Positions 47,881-55,638 of a stretch of 64,000 nt of DNA are shown one piece after another. This stretch comes from a virus (Duplodnaviria > Caudoviricetes), in the IMG/VR virus record IMGVR_UViG_3300029913_000001. The stretch is one strand, 5' to 3'. The translations under genes and the position numbers were made by a program. How positions within the stretch are numbered: position 1 is the first letter of the stretch; each line of letters opens with the position of its first letter. The notes under the pieces were generated by a model that was not told the DNA's origin, did not search any database, and was given only the letters and a program-made list of their open reading frames with translations.

Positions 47881-48165
47881 TTATTCCTCTTCAAACAATT
47901 TCTTCAAAATAGGTAATGCACGACGATAAAACTTGGCGCGAACACGCGCATGATTCTTTCTCCAAAGAGCTAAAAAGTTTTCGTGGCGGTTCGAGTAATT
48001 CGGCGTTCCATATAGTTGCACGTTAAATCGAATCCGCTCAAGAACTCGGGAGGCCGCCTGGTCCGCTAATACTGATCCCAGGCCTTTCGATGTTACGTAA
48101 TTTTTTCCGAAACACGAAACAACAACGGTCTTTTTAACCTTCATATTTTTACCGTAATGACTCAT
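47881..48165 (-). CDS. hypothetical basic protein
   Basis: 94 aa ORF abutting neighbours. Confidence 0.5.
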   Translation of the reverse strand: MSHYGKNMKVKKTVVVSCFGKNYVTSKGLGSVLADQAASRVLERIRFNVQLYGTPNYSNRHENFLALWRKNHARVRAKFYRRALPILKKLFEEE

Positions 48166-48201
48166 TCAAACACATCCATTTCTGCCTCAGTAATGAGGCA
48201 T

Positions 48202-48402
48202 TTATTCCTTTTCATATCCTTCAAACCACGGACCCATTCGGCGAGTTGCCTCCTTACCAGACGGGGTTTGCGTGGTCGCCGAACTAGTATCTTCACGCTT
48301 GCACCATTCTTGTGCTTGCTCCAAAGTATATCCTCGATACATGGTTCGTTTCCGCTTATTGGAATCAGCATAATACCGAACGATTTTGTAGGTTTCAGCC
48401 AC
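48202..48402 (-). CDS. conserved small phage protein
   Basis: YKIVRYY...GYTLEQAQEWC...WFEGY. Confidence 0.6.
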   Translation of the reverse strand: MAETYKIVRYYADSNKRKRTMYRGYTLEQAQEWCKREDTSSATTQTPSGKEATRRMGPWFEGYEKE

Positions 48403-48405
48403 AGA

Positions 48406-49725
48406 TTATACCTTTCCGGAAGAAGCGGTAACCAACGCTACCGCTTCTTCCCTTGTAGTAACTACGCCTTCGAGTTGAGCAGTTTCGACCGCTTCTAGCA
48501 AAGTCTTGAATACCGGGCCTGCCTTAAATCCCATAGCAAGCAAATCGTTTCCGGTGAGCAAACGAACGGGATGAAGTTCATCCTTCATGTTGTCGCGAAA
48601 CCCACGGCAAAAATTGTTTGCGGTGAGATCGCCATTACTACCAAGGCTGTCAACCCGGTTAAGTTCAAGCAGTTCAGAAAAATTTTCCATACGAACAAAC
48701 CGCTTCATCTTTGACAACGACATCTTTTCCGTGTTAAAAAACCGCATATGATTTTCAACCAAAGACGACACCGTGCCGACAACTTCATTTGAAAACCGAA
48801 AATCACGAAGCAGCCGTTCAGCCATACGAGCCCCAACGTGCTCATGCCCGTGAAACTGATTATGTCCGGTCTTTTCATTTGTCTTTGCTGTGACCGGCTT
48901 CCCTACATCGTGAAGCAAGGTTGCAAGCGCCAACGTAAGAGAGCAGCCGGATTCGAGCATAGAAAGCATCTTCATTGTATGCTGCCACACATCGCCTTCC
49001 GGATGCCACATTGAATTCTGCGTAACCCCATGCATATTGCACAGTTCCGGCATAAAATGAACTAGCAAACCGGTGGTGTCCATTGTCTGAAAAGCTACCT
49101 GTACATTACCGCCAGTAAGAATCTTTGCCAGTTCACCAGCAACACGATCAGCGGGCAAAGTCGTAACATCCTTCGAACGCAATGTCATTGCGGACACGGT
49201 AAGCGGATCAAGCATGAACCCCAAACGAGCTGCAAATCGAACGGCTCGCAGCAGGCGCAAAGCATCTTCTTGAAACCGATCGCTAGGATTGCCGACCGTG
49301 CGCAAAACCTTATTTTCGAGGTCGGCAAGGCCATTAACAAAGTCAAATACCTTGCCCGATTCGTCCATCAGAAGTGCATTGACTGTAAAATCACGGCGCT
49401 TAACATCTTCCCTAGGATCCGTTGTAAACTTAACAGAATCCGGGCGGCGATTGTCAGAATACGCACCATCCTCGCGGAAGGTTGCAACTTCGAACTGCTC
49501 ACCATTCACATTAACAACCGAAACGCCAAAATTCTTACCAACCAATTTCGAGGTAGAAAACAATTCGGTGACCTGATCAGGAGTTGCACTCGTGGCCAGA
49601 TCCCAATCATGAACCGGAAGATTCAACAGTGAATCTCGCACGCAACCACCCGCGAAGTAGGATTCAAATCCCGCATTCTTAAGGGTGACTAGTGCTACCA
49701 TCGCATTGTGATTCATCTCAACCAT
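48406..49725 (-). CDS. cca: class II tRNA nucleotidyltransferase (CCA-adding) with HD domain
   Basis: GGCVRDSLL, DWDLAT, EVATFR, RRDFTVNA, EDALRLLRAVRFA, HPEGDVWQH, LLHDVGK. Confidence 0.9.
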   Translation of the reverse strand: MVEMNHNAMVALVTLKNAGFESYFAGGCVRDSLLNLPVHDWDLATSATPDQVTELFSTSKLVGKNFGVSVVNVNGEQFEVATFREDGAYSDNRRPDSVKFTTDPREDVKRRDFTVNALLMDESGKVFDFVNGLADLENKVLRTVGNPSDRFQEDALRLLRAVRFAARLGFMLDPLTVSAMTLRSKDVTTLPADRVAGELAKILTGGNVQVAFQTMDTTGLLVHFMPELCNMHGVTQNSMWHPEGDVWQHTMKMLSMLESGCSLTLALATLLHDVGKPVTAKTNEKTGHNQFHGHEHVGARMAERLLRDFRFSNEVVGTVSSLVENHMRFFNTEKMSLSKMKRFVRMENFSELLELNRVDSLGSNGDLTANNFCRGFRDNMKDELHPVRLLTGNDLLAMGFKAGPVFKTLLEAVETAQLEGVVTTREEAVALVTASSGKV

Positions 49726-49731
49726 GCTTAA

Positions 49732-49760
49732 AGTATATCAACTTTCGGTTAGTTTGTCAA
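49732..49760 (-). promoter_or_regulatory. sigma70-type promoter of cca
   Basis: TTGACA-17-TATACT, ATG 6 nt downstream. Confidence 0.8.
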
Positions 49761-49773
49761 GAGAAAATTACTG

Positions 49774-49904
49774 GTTGAAAACAAAGGACTTAAATCACCC
49801 CAGTATGCCCTGATTCAATTCCGCCATACCAGACCACAACGGGCCCATATTGGGGCCCTGGTGGGGGAATTATAATATATCGACCCTTTTAAATCAATGA
49901 CTTA
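49774..49904 (-). repeat. 131 bp conserved intergenic element, copy A
   Basis: Aligns end to end with 53953-54082 (inverted); shared boxes AAGT..TTGATTT.AAAGG, CAGGGCCCCAAT, TAAGTCCTTT.TTTTCAAC. Confidence 0.75.
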
Positions 49905-50087
49905 ATCGGTATCGTGGTCCTCATCGTTGGCCTTGGCAATAAGATCTCGCATAGAAGTCTTATAACGAGCGGGTTTTTCATGCTTTGGTGTGATTGCAAA
50001 CGAAGCCTTAGGTGTACCAATACGATCTCGGGCATTCGATTTCACTTGAGCAACAGCACTGAAAACATCCTTTTTACGCTTCGACAT
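49902..50087 (-). CDS. small basic protein
   Basis: 61 aa, AVKSNARDRIGTP-type basic motif. Confidence 0.55.
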   Translation of the reverse strand: MSKRKKDVFSAVAQVKSNARDRIGTPKASFAITPKHEKPARYKTSMRDLIAKANDEDHDTD

Positions 50088-50281
50088 TATTTTCTCCGAT
50101 TTCTTAAGGTTTTATAAAGAACAAATCCAGCAACAATGCCAGCAAAATTAGCTGCTCGTTGTTCGGGAGTCCAATGAAAACATCCGGCCAATTGGCTAAT
50201 CAAAAACATCAAAAAACCAAAGGACACAAGCGCAATTCCTCCGAATACAATCCAAACAATTGCACCTAAAATTAAATTCAT
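50087..50281 (-). CDS. small membrane protein
   Basis: Two hydrophobic segments; SD AAGGAG; promoter TTGACA-17-TATACT at 50302-50330. Confidence 0.65.
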   Translation of the reverse strand: MNLILGAIVWIVFGGIALVSFGFLMFLISQLAGCFHWTPEQRAANFAGIVAGFVLYKTLRNRRK

Positions 50282-50359
50282 TTGATCTCCTTACTTAAAT
50301 AAGTATAACAAATATCAGTCTAAATGTCAACCGAATATAAAGTCTTTGCTATAAACTGT

Positions 50360-50971
50360 TTACAGTTCTGAAATCGAAAGTTCATTTAGACATTGAAACT
50401 CTGTGCCTTCAATTGTCTTTTCCCAGTCGGCATGGTAATGCCCAAAATTCCAATATTTCGGCTGATATGCCGAAAACATTGCGGACAGTGCTTGCCCTGT
50501 TCGAGTCGGATAAACTTCCGGATTGCCATACAATGAATGCCGAAGTAAAATGTGCGCTGCTACTTTCGTGGGGCAATCATGTGAGAGCACAATTTCTGGT
50601 CGTTCATTGATATAAAGTTCAAATGCATCTTCGAGTTCCTTAATCGAAAGCTCTTCATCGTACCACCAGGTTAATCCCGATCGGCGAAATCTTTGATCGA
50701 TACTCCAAGCGCCAGACAAGTAAAATACTTTTCGATCATCGATAATTTTAACACCATAATCACCCAGATAATTGGGGTGTGCTCTTGCTACTGCGGGGTT
50801 ATCATGATTTCCGCGAATAAAATAAAAATTTTCAGGGAAAGTTGGAAGCGTAGATTGCCCTGGAAAACCGACACCAAAATCCCCCACCTGAATAATTGTC
50901 TTGCCGGGATTTTCCGTTACAATCTTTTTGCATTCCTTAAATTTTCCATGTACGTCACCAATTAGCAGCAT
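50360..50971 (-). CDS. calcineurin-like metallophosphoesterase
   Basis: GDVHG, VGDFG, RGNHD, SHDCP, FGHYH. Confidence 0.9.
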   Translation of the reverse strand: MLLIGDVHGKFKECKKIVTENPGKTIIQVGDFGVGFPGQSTLPTFPENFYFIRGNHDNPAVARAHPNYLGDYGVKIIDDRKVFYLSGAWSIDQRFRRSGLTWWYDEELSIKELEDAFELYINERPEIVLSHDCPTKVAAHILLRHSLYGNPEVYPTRTGQALSAMFSAYQPKYWNFGHYHADWEKTIEGTEFQCLNELSISEL

Positions 50972-51019
50972 ACTTTTTCCTCTCGGTATAAATGTTAACG
51001 GAAATATTTCCGATAGTTT

Positions 51020-51310
51020 CTACTCGTGAAATACCGGTGATTCGATCTCGGGCGGAGCCCCGTTTTCATTTGAAACATGCTTCCACGTTAATTTACCGGT
51101 TCGAATTTCTTCCAATGCAATCTTTGGTAGCCGGCAAAAAGGTATTTCTTCTCGGCCCGGATTAAATTCTTTTGAAAGTCCATGCTTAATCGACGCTCCG
51201 TTGATAAGCTGATTTGTTCGGGCCATTACCATTGTTGCCAGCAGATATCTACTACCAACCTTTTCTAAATGTGATTGGATTGTTTTGATTTTTTCTTTTT
51301 CGTTTAACAT
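51020..51310 (-). CDS. rpoZ: RNA polymerase omega subunit-like protein
   Basis: LEKVGSRYLLATMVMARTNQL..GA...KIALEEIRTGKL matches the omega core pattern. Confidence 0.7.
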   Translation of the reverse strand: MLNEKEKIKTIQSHLEKVGSRYLLATMVMARTNQLINGASIKHGLSKEFNPGREEIPFCRLPKIALEEIRTGKLTWKHVSNENGAPPEIESPVFHE

Positions 51311-51322
51311 TTTTTCCTTTTG

Positions 51323-52135
51323 TTATTCTGAATATACTTCTTCGAATTCAACCTGGTCGTAATACGGATTAACAACTAATTTCGCCATCGGATACCATTG
51401 TCCCTTGTGCAAAAATCTATCGTCGACTACTACATAATTCGTTAACTTTTCAAAAAATTGCGGAAGATGTTTTACAAAATATTGATGCAATGGAATTGCA
51501 ACCTGCCGCATTGAAGGATGTGCAGTTTCCGGTGTTCGTTTATAGAAAAAATTCCACCAGCTACCTAAATTTAGACTTGCAGCATATTCTGTCTTCACGC
51601 CTTGAGGAAGCCAATACCGAGCCTTTTCTGGGGTCCACCCACGAGTCCGCCATTTTGCGTATCGGGAATCATCGGCTCGTGTATCACTAACAAATTCTGC
51701 CCAATCATCATTGTTATCTGAGGAATATTCATTAACCCACGGTGGCAAAATATATGATGCACCTTTATTTAACTCGCCTTCTTTTGCATAATCAACGTAC
51801 CTTGTACTTTCCTGCAGGTAGGCCGCCATTCTGTGACGCACGCCTTCGTGGGAGACTCCTCGATCTGTAATGAATGTCGACGAAATCATTCGATGCTCGG
51901 CAATTCCGGTATGCCGATTTGTATTGAAAAGTCTACCGGGAAATGTGAGATAGGAATCATCGGTCATTCGACCTTCTGATTTATAACACTTTCTGGAAAA
52001 CATTTCAATTTTCTTTAACATGTGTTGCGCCAATGTCATTCCATTAGGCAACAGCATTTCGAGGTCGTCTTCGACGATAACAACGGGTTTAATGATTCTC
52101 ATATATAATGTCCTTAGTTCACAATTGGTACCCAT
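51323..52135 (-). CDS. thyX: flavin-dependent thymidylate synthase
   Basis: RGVSHEGVRHRMAAYLQESTRYV, ARYWLPQ, AHPSMR. Confidence 0.9.
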   Translation of the reverse strand: MGTNCELRTLYMRIIKPVVIVEDDLEMLLPNGMTLAQHMLKKIEMFSRKCYKSEGRMTDDSYLTFPGRLFNTNRHTGIAEHRMISSTFITDRGVSHEGVRHRMAAYLQESTRYVDYAKEGELNKGASYILPPWVNEYSSDNNDDWAEFVSDTRADDSRYAKWRTRGWTPEKARYWLPQGVKTEYAASLNLGSWWNFFYKRTPETAHPSMRQVAIPLHQYFVKHLPQFFEKLTNYVVVDDRFLHKGQWYPMAKLVVNPYYDQVEFEEVYSE

Positions 52136-52338
52136 TTACCAGAAAACCATGTGCCTGGATTATACCATACCGATGTAGATACGTATTGCTCAGTACGCAC
52201 AAGAGATAACGAACGACTTCCGGTATTCAAAAATTTGCTGCAAGCCGGACAACGGTCGTACGGATCATACCCACTGCAACAGTTCCGATAAAGATGTGCG
52301 CCACAGGCGCCGCATTGCATAACAAATCGTCTATCCAT
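52114..52338 (-). CDS. zinc-ribbon protein
   Basis: CGAC...CPAC. Confidence 0.55.
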   Translation of the reverse strand: MDRRFVMQCGACGAHLYRNCCSGYDPYDRCPACSKFLNTGSRSLSLVRTEQYVSTSVWYNPGTWFSGKWVPIVN

Positions 52339-52350
52339 TTAAATGGCCTT

Positions 52351-52566
52351 CTATTCCGGTATTTGAACTAATTGCTTTTCTAGAAAATCCCCACAGGTAA
52401 GACAGGTATTCGTGTAGAGCAATACATGCCCATCTGACCGTTCGTTATACAGTGAATCGCGATATATTCTTACAGATTTAAATTCCGAAACAAGTTTCCA
52501 TTTATCTTTATCAAACGTATGACGATGCGGCGATGCGGTTTCAATCAATCCCCAAAATAGCTTCAT
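52351..52566 (-). CDS. small hypothetical protein
   Basis: 71 aa, H..H...CLTCG. Confidence 0.55.
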   Translation of the reverse strand: MKLFWGLIETASPHRHTFDKDKWKLVSEFKSVRIYRDSLYNERSDGHVLLYTNTCLTCGDFLEKQLVQIPE

Positions 52567-52590
52567 ATGATTTTTCCTTGAATTACCATA

Positions 52591-52625
52591 AAAATAACGG
52601 GCTGAATCTGTCAGCCCGTTATTTT
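52591..52625. terminator. intrinsic terminator
   Basis: AAAATAACGGGCTGA-ATCTG-TCAGCCCGTTATTTT. Confidence 0.85.
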
Positions 52626-52639
52626 AATTGATTTTCGAA

Positions 52640-53284
52640 TTAGGCTACGTCGTTGACGGTTGCAACCTGGGGAGTGGAGGTTAGTGCAGATTGCGCCTTG
52701 GCGCGGATCGAATGACCCTTGCGAGCGGAATTGACAATGGTAGTAACCAGCGAGTCGGCGGCAACCGGACGCTTCTCAATGGGCTCAGGACCTACCGGCT
52801 TGACCGGCGTCGGAAGTACGGGAGCAACCGGCTTCGCAGCAGCCTTTGCGGCCGCCTTCGTTGCCTTCTCGGCATCCTTCACAATCTTTGCATTAGCACG
52901 GGCGAGCTCCTTCGCTGCCTTTGCCGCGGCACGCTCAAATACCTTCGCGGCCTTTGCCGTTTCCTTGGCGAGCTTCGCAGCAGCCTTCTCTTCATCGGTC
53001 TTCGTTGCCTTGGTAGCGCGAGGAGTGCTACGCACAACCAATGAAGTTTCCTTGGAGGCAAGTGCTTCGAGATTAACGCCCACGGGCTTCGCTTCCTGCA
53101 GGAATGCAATGGCATCAGTCTTGGTCATAGGATTGGGCAGCTCGACCAGTACAACATCGGTGTCGCCATAACGCTCCAGCATCTTAACACGTCCAGCAAC
53201 GTCCTGCGCGAAACGCGCCTTGTAGGAACCGTTAGAAAGTGAAGTACCGGCAACAGTGAACAGCTTTGTGTCTACATTACTCAT
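52640..53284 (-). CDS. conserved phage protein with Ala/Lys/Pro-rich histone-like tail
   Basis: FTVAGTS..NG..KARFA.D..RVK.L...G.TDV.LVELP..MTK N-domain; AAKA repeats. Confidence 0.75.
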   Translation of the reverse strand: MSNVDTKLFTVAGTSLSNGSYKARFAQDVAGRVKMLERYGDTDVVLVELPNPMTKTDAIAFLQEAKPVGVNLEALASKETSLVVRSTPRATKATKTDEEKAAAKLAKETAKAAKVFERAAAKAAKELARANAKIVKDAEKATKAAAKAAAKPVAPVLPTPVKPVGPEPIEKRPVAADSLVTTIVNSARKGHSIRAKAQSALTSTPQVATVNDVA

Positions 53285-53394
53285 AATTGAATTTGTCCTT
53301 TTCGGTTGGGGCGCTGCTTTGCAGTCACCGGGTTAACTTTTATAACGGAATGATCAGTCGTCATTTCCGTTACGTTTATCTCATCAACATAATC

Positions 53395-53423
53395 AGTATA
53401 GCAAACTTGGATTTACTTGTCAA
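53395..53423 (-). promoter_or_regulatory. sigma70-type early promoter
   Basis: TTGACA-17-TATACT. Confidence 0.8.
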
Positions 53424-53426
53424 CCG

Positions 53427-53570
53427 TTACCTACCAAAAATTACAGAAAAAAATCCAATTACGGCAGATGTAATTACGCAACACATCGCGGTAATGGGAA
53501 AGTGTGTTAATAGTGCGCACGCTGAGGTAAGCACCAACACCTGCGAACACCAGAGCAATCGATTTCTCAT
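53427..53570 (-). CDS. 47 aa hydrophobic peptide
   Basis: MRNRLLWCSQVLVL...; SD GAGG; promoter TTGACA-17-TATAAT at 53598-53626. Confidence 0.5.
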   Translation of the reverse strand: MRNRLLWCSQVLVLTSACALLTHFPITAMCCVITSAVIGFFSVIFGR

Positions 53571-53633
53571 GAAACCTCTTTCTCATTCACTAAACCAATT
53601 ATAGCAAAATTCGAATACATTGTCAACCAAAAT

Positions 53634-53882
53634 TTATTCGGGAACCACTTCCCCGATAAGCCTAAACTGCGAGAGCCGGTCTTGCGCAGTGATTTTCCCC
53701 ATCGAAATAGCTCTAGAACGATCCGCGCCATACTGAATTTTGTTGGGTTCTGCGTCGGACATATTGCGCCATGAGAAGCCAGTCACATACCAGTTGCAAA
53801 CAAAGGACTTATTTCGCCCTTTCCCACGATACATGGGAATCTGAATGATGAACTTTTTCGGGGCAACTGATTGATCCGGCAT
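53634..53882 (-). CDS. hypothetical early protein (start MPDQ)
   Basis: SD GAGGAG; promoter TTGACA-17-TATAAT at 53905-53933. Confidence 0.6.
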   Translation of the reverse strand: MPDQSVAPKKFIIQIPMYRGKGRNKSFVCNWYVTGFSWRNMSDAEPNKIQYGADRSRAISMGKITAQDRLSQFRLIGEVVPE

Positions 53883-53952
53883 AGTTGTTCTCCTCACTGA
53901 AATAATTATAGCAAATGACGATCACGATGTCAACTGCAATTTTTACATCGGT

Positions 53953-54082
53953 AAAGTGTTGATTTTAAAGGACCGATTTCCTGATTTTACCCCAGCAGGG
54001 CCCCAATTAGCCTCTGGAGTAGCATTATATTGTCGAAAAAATTGGTGGCATTTTGGGGCAATATAAGTCCTTTATTTTCAAC
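53953..54082 (+). repeat. 130 bp conserved intergenic element, copy B
   Basis: Homologous to 49774-49904; sits between divergent promoters. Confidence 0.75.
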
Positions 54083-54116
54083 AGATCATTTTTTGTGTTT
54101 TCCGATCATTTTTCGC

Positions 54117-54145
54117 TTGCATTCGGTACCGAACTTTGCTATACT
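54117..54145 (+). promoter_or_regulatory. sigma70-type early promoter
   Basis: TTGCAT-17-TATACT followed by TATTTCAGTGAGG leader (leader shared with the 54475 and 53905 promoters). Confidence 0.7.
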
Positions 54146-54167
54146 TATTTCAGTGAGGAAATAAGAT

Positions 54168-54467
54168 ATGAGCGTAGGAAAATACAGTCCGACCGTAAGC
54201 CGTTGGTATGCCAAGGATCAAAATTGGTGGGCAAAAAATGGCGGAGGACGCGGTAACGGTATTAATCCTGAATGCTACGATGACGACGAAGGATTTGATT
54301 CGTACGGCTATAGCGAAAACGGCGAGGGGCCGGATCGTGCGGGCAATACCGAAAGCGAATATTTGTGCGGCGGCGAATGGGATGAGGATGATTATCGTCA
54401 TCCGTTGTATGACTCCGTTTCCGACGAATGGTGGATGGGAAAGCAGAAATATAAAAATCAATTGTAA
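54168..54467 (+). CDS. acidic hypothetical early protein
   Basis: YDDDEGFDSYGYSENGEGPDRAG-type repeat motif. Confidence 0.65.
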   Translation: MSVGKYSPTVSRWYAKDQNWWAKNGGGRGNGINPECYDDDEGFDSYGYSENGEGPDRAGNTESEYLCGGEWDEDDYRHPLYDSVSDEWWMGKQKYKNQL

Positions 54468-54474
54468 TTTTCGG

Positions 54475-54503
54475 TTGACAAGTGATCTGATTTTTGATAC
54501 ACT
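54475..54503 (+). promoter_or_regulatory. sigma70-type early promoter
   Basis: TTGACA-17-TACACT then TATTTCAGTGAGG. Confidence 0.75.
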
Positions 54504-54522
54504 TATTTCAGTGAGGGAATGG

Positions 54523-54846
54523 ATGAAAGCTAACGAAAAGGTTGCTGCTCAGGTGGTTGGTTTTGTTGCCAAGATTCAAGACGAAACGAACAAATATTAT
54601 GCCGAAAACTTCAAGAATCTCACGCCGTCCATTATCGAAATTTCTAATGGCGGGAAGTTTTTTAAGGTCATTAAAAGTGACCAAGGCAGCAGAAGCGTTT
54701 ATTGCTTCATTGACAAGCAAGCCGGCGACATCTACAGGGCCGCTAGCTGGGCCGCTGCGGCAAAGCATGTGCGCGGAAATATTTTTGATGCCAATTTCGG
54801 CTGGGGAACCGCAGTTAATTTGTACGGTGCGAATTACCTTTGCTAA
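54523..54846 (+). CDS. conserved phage protein (GDIYRAASW..AK..RGNI family)
   Basis: Start MKANEK after GAGG; widely seen phage motif. Confidence 0.7.
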   Translation: MKANEKVAAQVVGFVAKIQDETNKYYAENFKNLTPSIIEISNGGKFFKVIKSDQGSRSVYCFIDKQAGDIYRAASWAAAAKHVRGNIFDANFGWGTAVNLYGANYLC

Positions 54847-54861
54847 CTCAGAAAGGAACAT

Positions 54862-55083
54862 ATGACAGATCCGATTATTGCAGAAGGACCACATTCAATC
54901 ACCACATTTATTACCTCGAACGTTAGGCACCTGGAAATTGTTCGATCGGGAGATTGTGAAAATGTTATTGTATTCACGGACAATAAGTGGCTGAAAATCA
55001 CTGCGTTCGTTAATAGTGCAAACGAACCGCAAATTCGAATCGCAGAAATCCAGTTTGATTCGACGCCGAAAAAGAAGGGGTAA
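54862..55083 (+). CDS. hypothetical protein
   Basis: 73 aa, SD AAGGA. Confidence 0.55.
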   Translation: MTDPIIAEGPHSITTFITSNVRHLEIVRSGDCENVIVFTDNKWLKITAFVNSANEPQIRIAEIQFDSTPKKKG

Positions 55084-55084
55084 T

Positions 55085-55516
55085 ATGAGAGCACACATTG
55101 GTATTCTGGCACTTTCGCTAGCGGCTATGTCACTTGCAGCGCAAGAACTGCCATCGGTCCCCACACCAAATCTTGATCGATCTGAAAAGATTTTACTTGG
55201 GGCTGACATTACTGCTCGAGGGCTAGATACATTTTCTACTCGATACATGCTAACGGGAAACGATCACGACCGTGAAGATTTTTTGCCCAGCAAGATTACA
55301 AATCATACTGCGGCACTGATAGGATTTGAAGGCGGAATGGTCGGCGTTGATTATTTTGCCGCACGATATCTAAATCGGCATGGGCATCGTAGGCTCGCTA
55401 GAGTGTGGTTAGCTACGGATGCCTCAATTGTTACACCGTTTGCTACTCATAATTTATTTTTGCAACGTAATCGTCCGAAGCAGCCGATTATCCCACATTT
55501 ATTTCCTATTGGATAA
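55085..55516 (+). CDS. signal-peptide-bearing envelope protein
   Basis: MRAHIGILALSLAAMSLAAQELPSVPTP...LDTFSTR...REDFLP. Confidence 0.7.
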   Translation: MRAHIGILALSLAAMSLAAQELPSVPTPNLDRSEKILLGADITARGLDTFSTRYMLTGNDHDREDFLPSKITNHTAALIGFEGGMVGVDYFAARYLNRHGHRRLARVWLATDASIVTPFATHNLFLQRNRPKQPIIPHLFPIG

Positions 55517-55600
55517 AAAAGTTTTAATTTTGGAATGAGGAAAATATGACCTGACGATTTGAAAATTAAAATAGAAAATTGATAATATTGAACAACCAGT

Positions 55601-55638
55601 TAACGAAAAGCCCACCTAGATAGGTGGGCTTTTCGTTA
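55601..55638. terminator. bidirectional terminator between convergent genes
   Basis: TAACGAAAAGCCCACCTA-GA-TAGGTGGGCTTTTCGTTA. Confidence 0.9.

Noticed and set aside
52691-53171. Plus-strand ORFs overlapping the Ala/Lys-rich gene
   Set aside because: Antisense shadows of a low-complexity GC-rich CDS.
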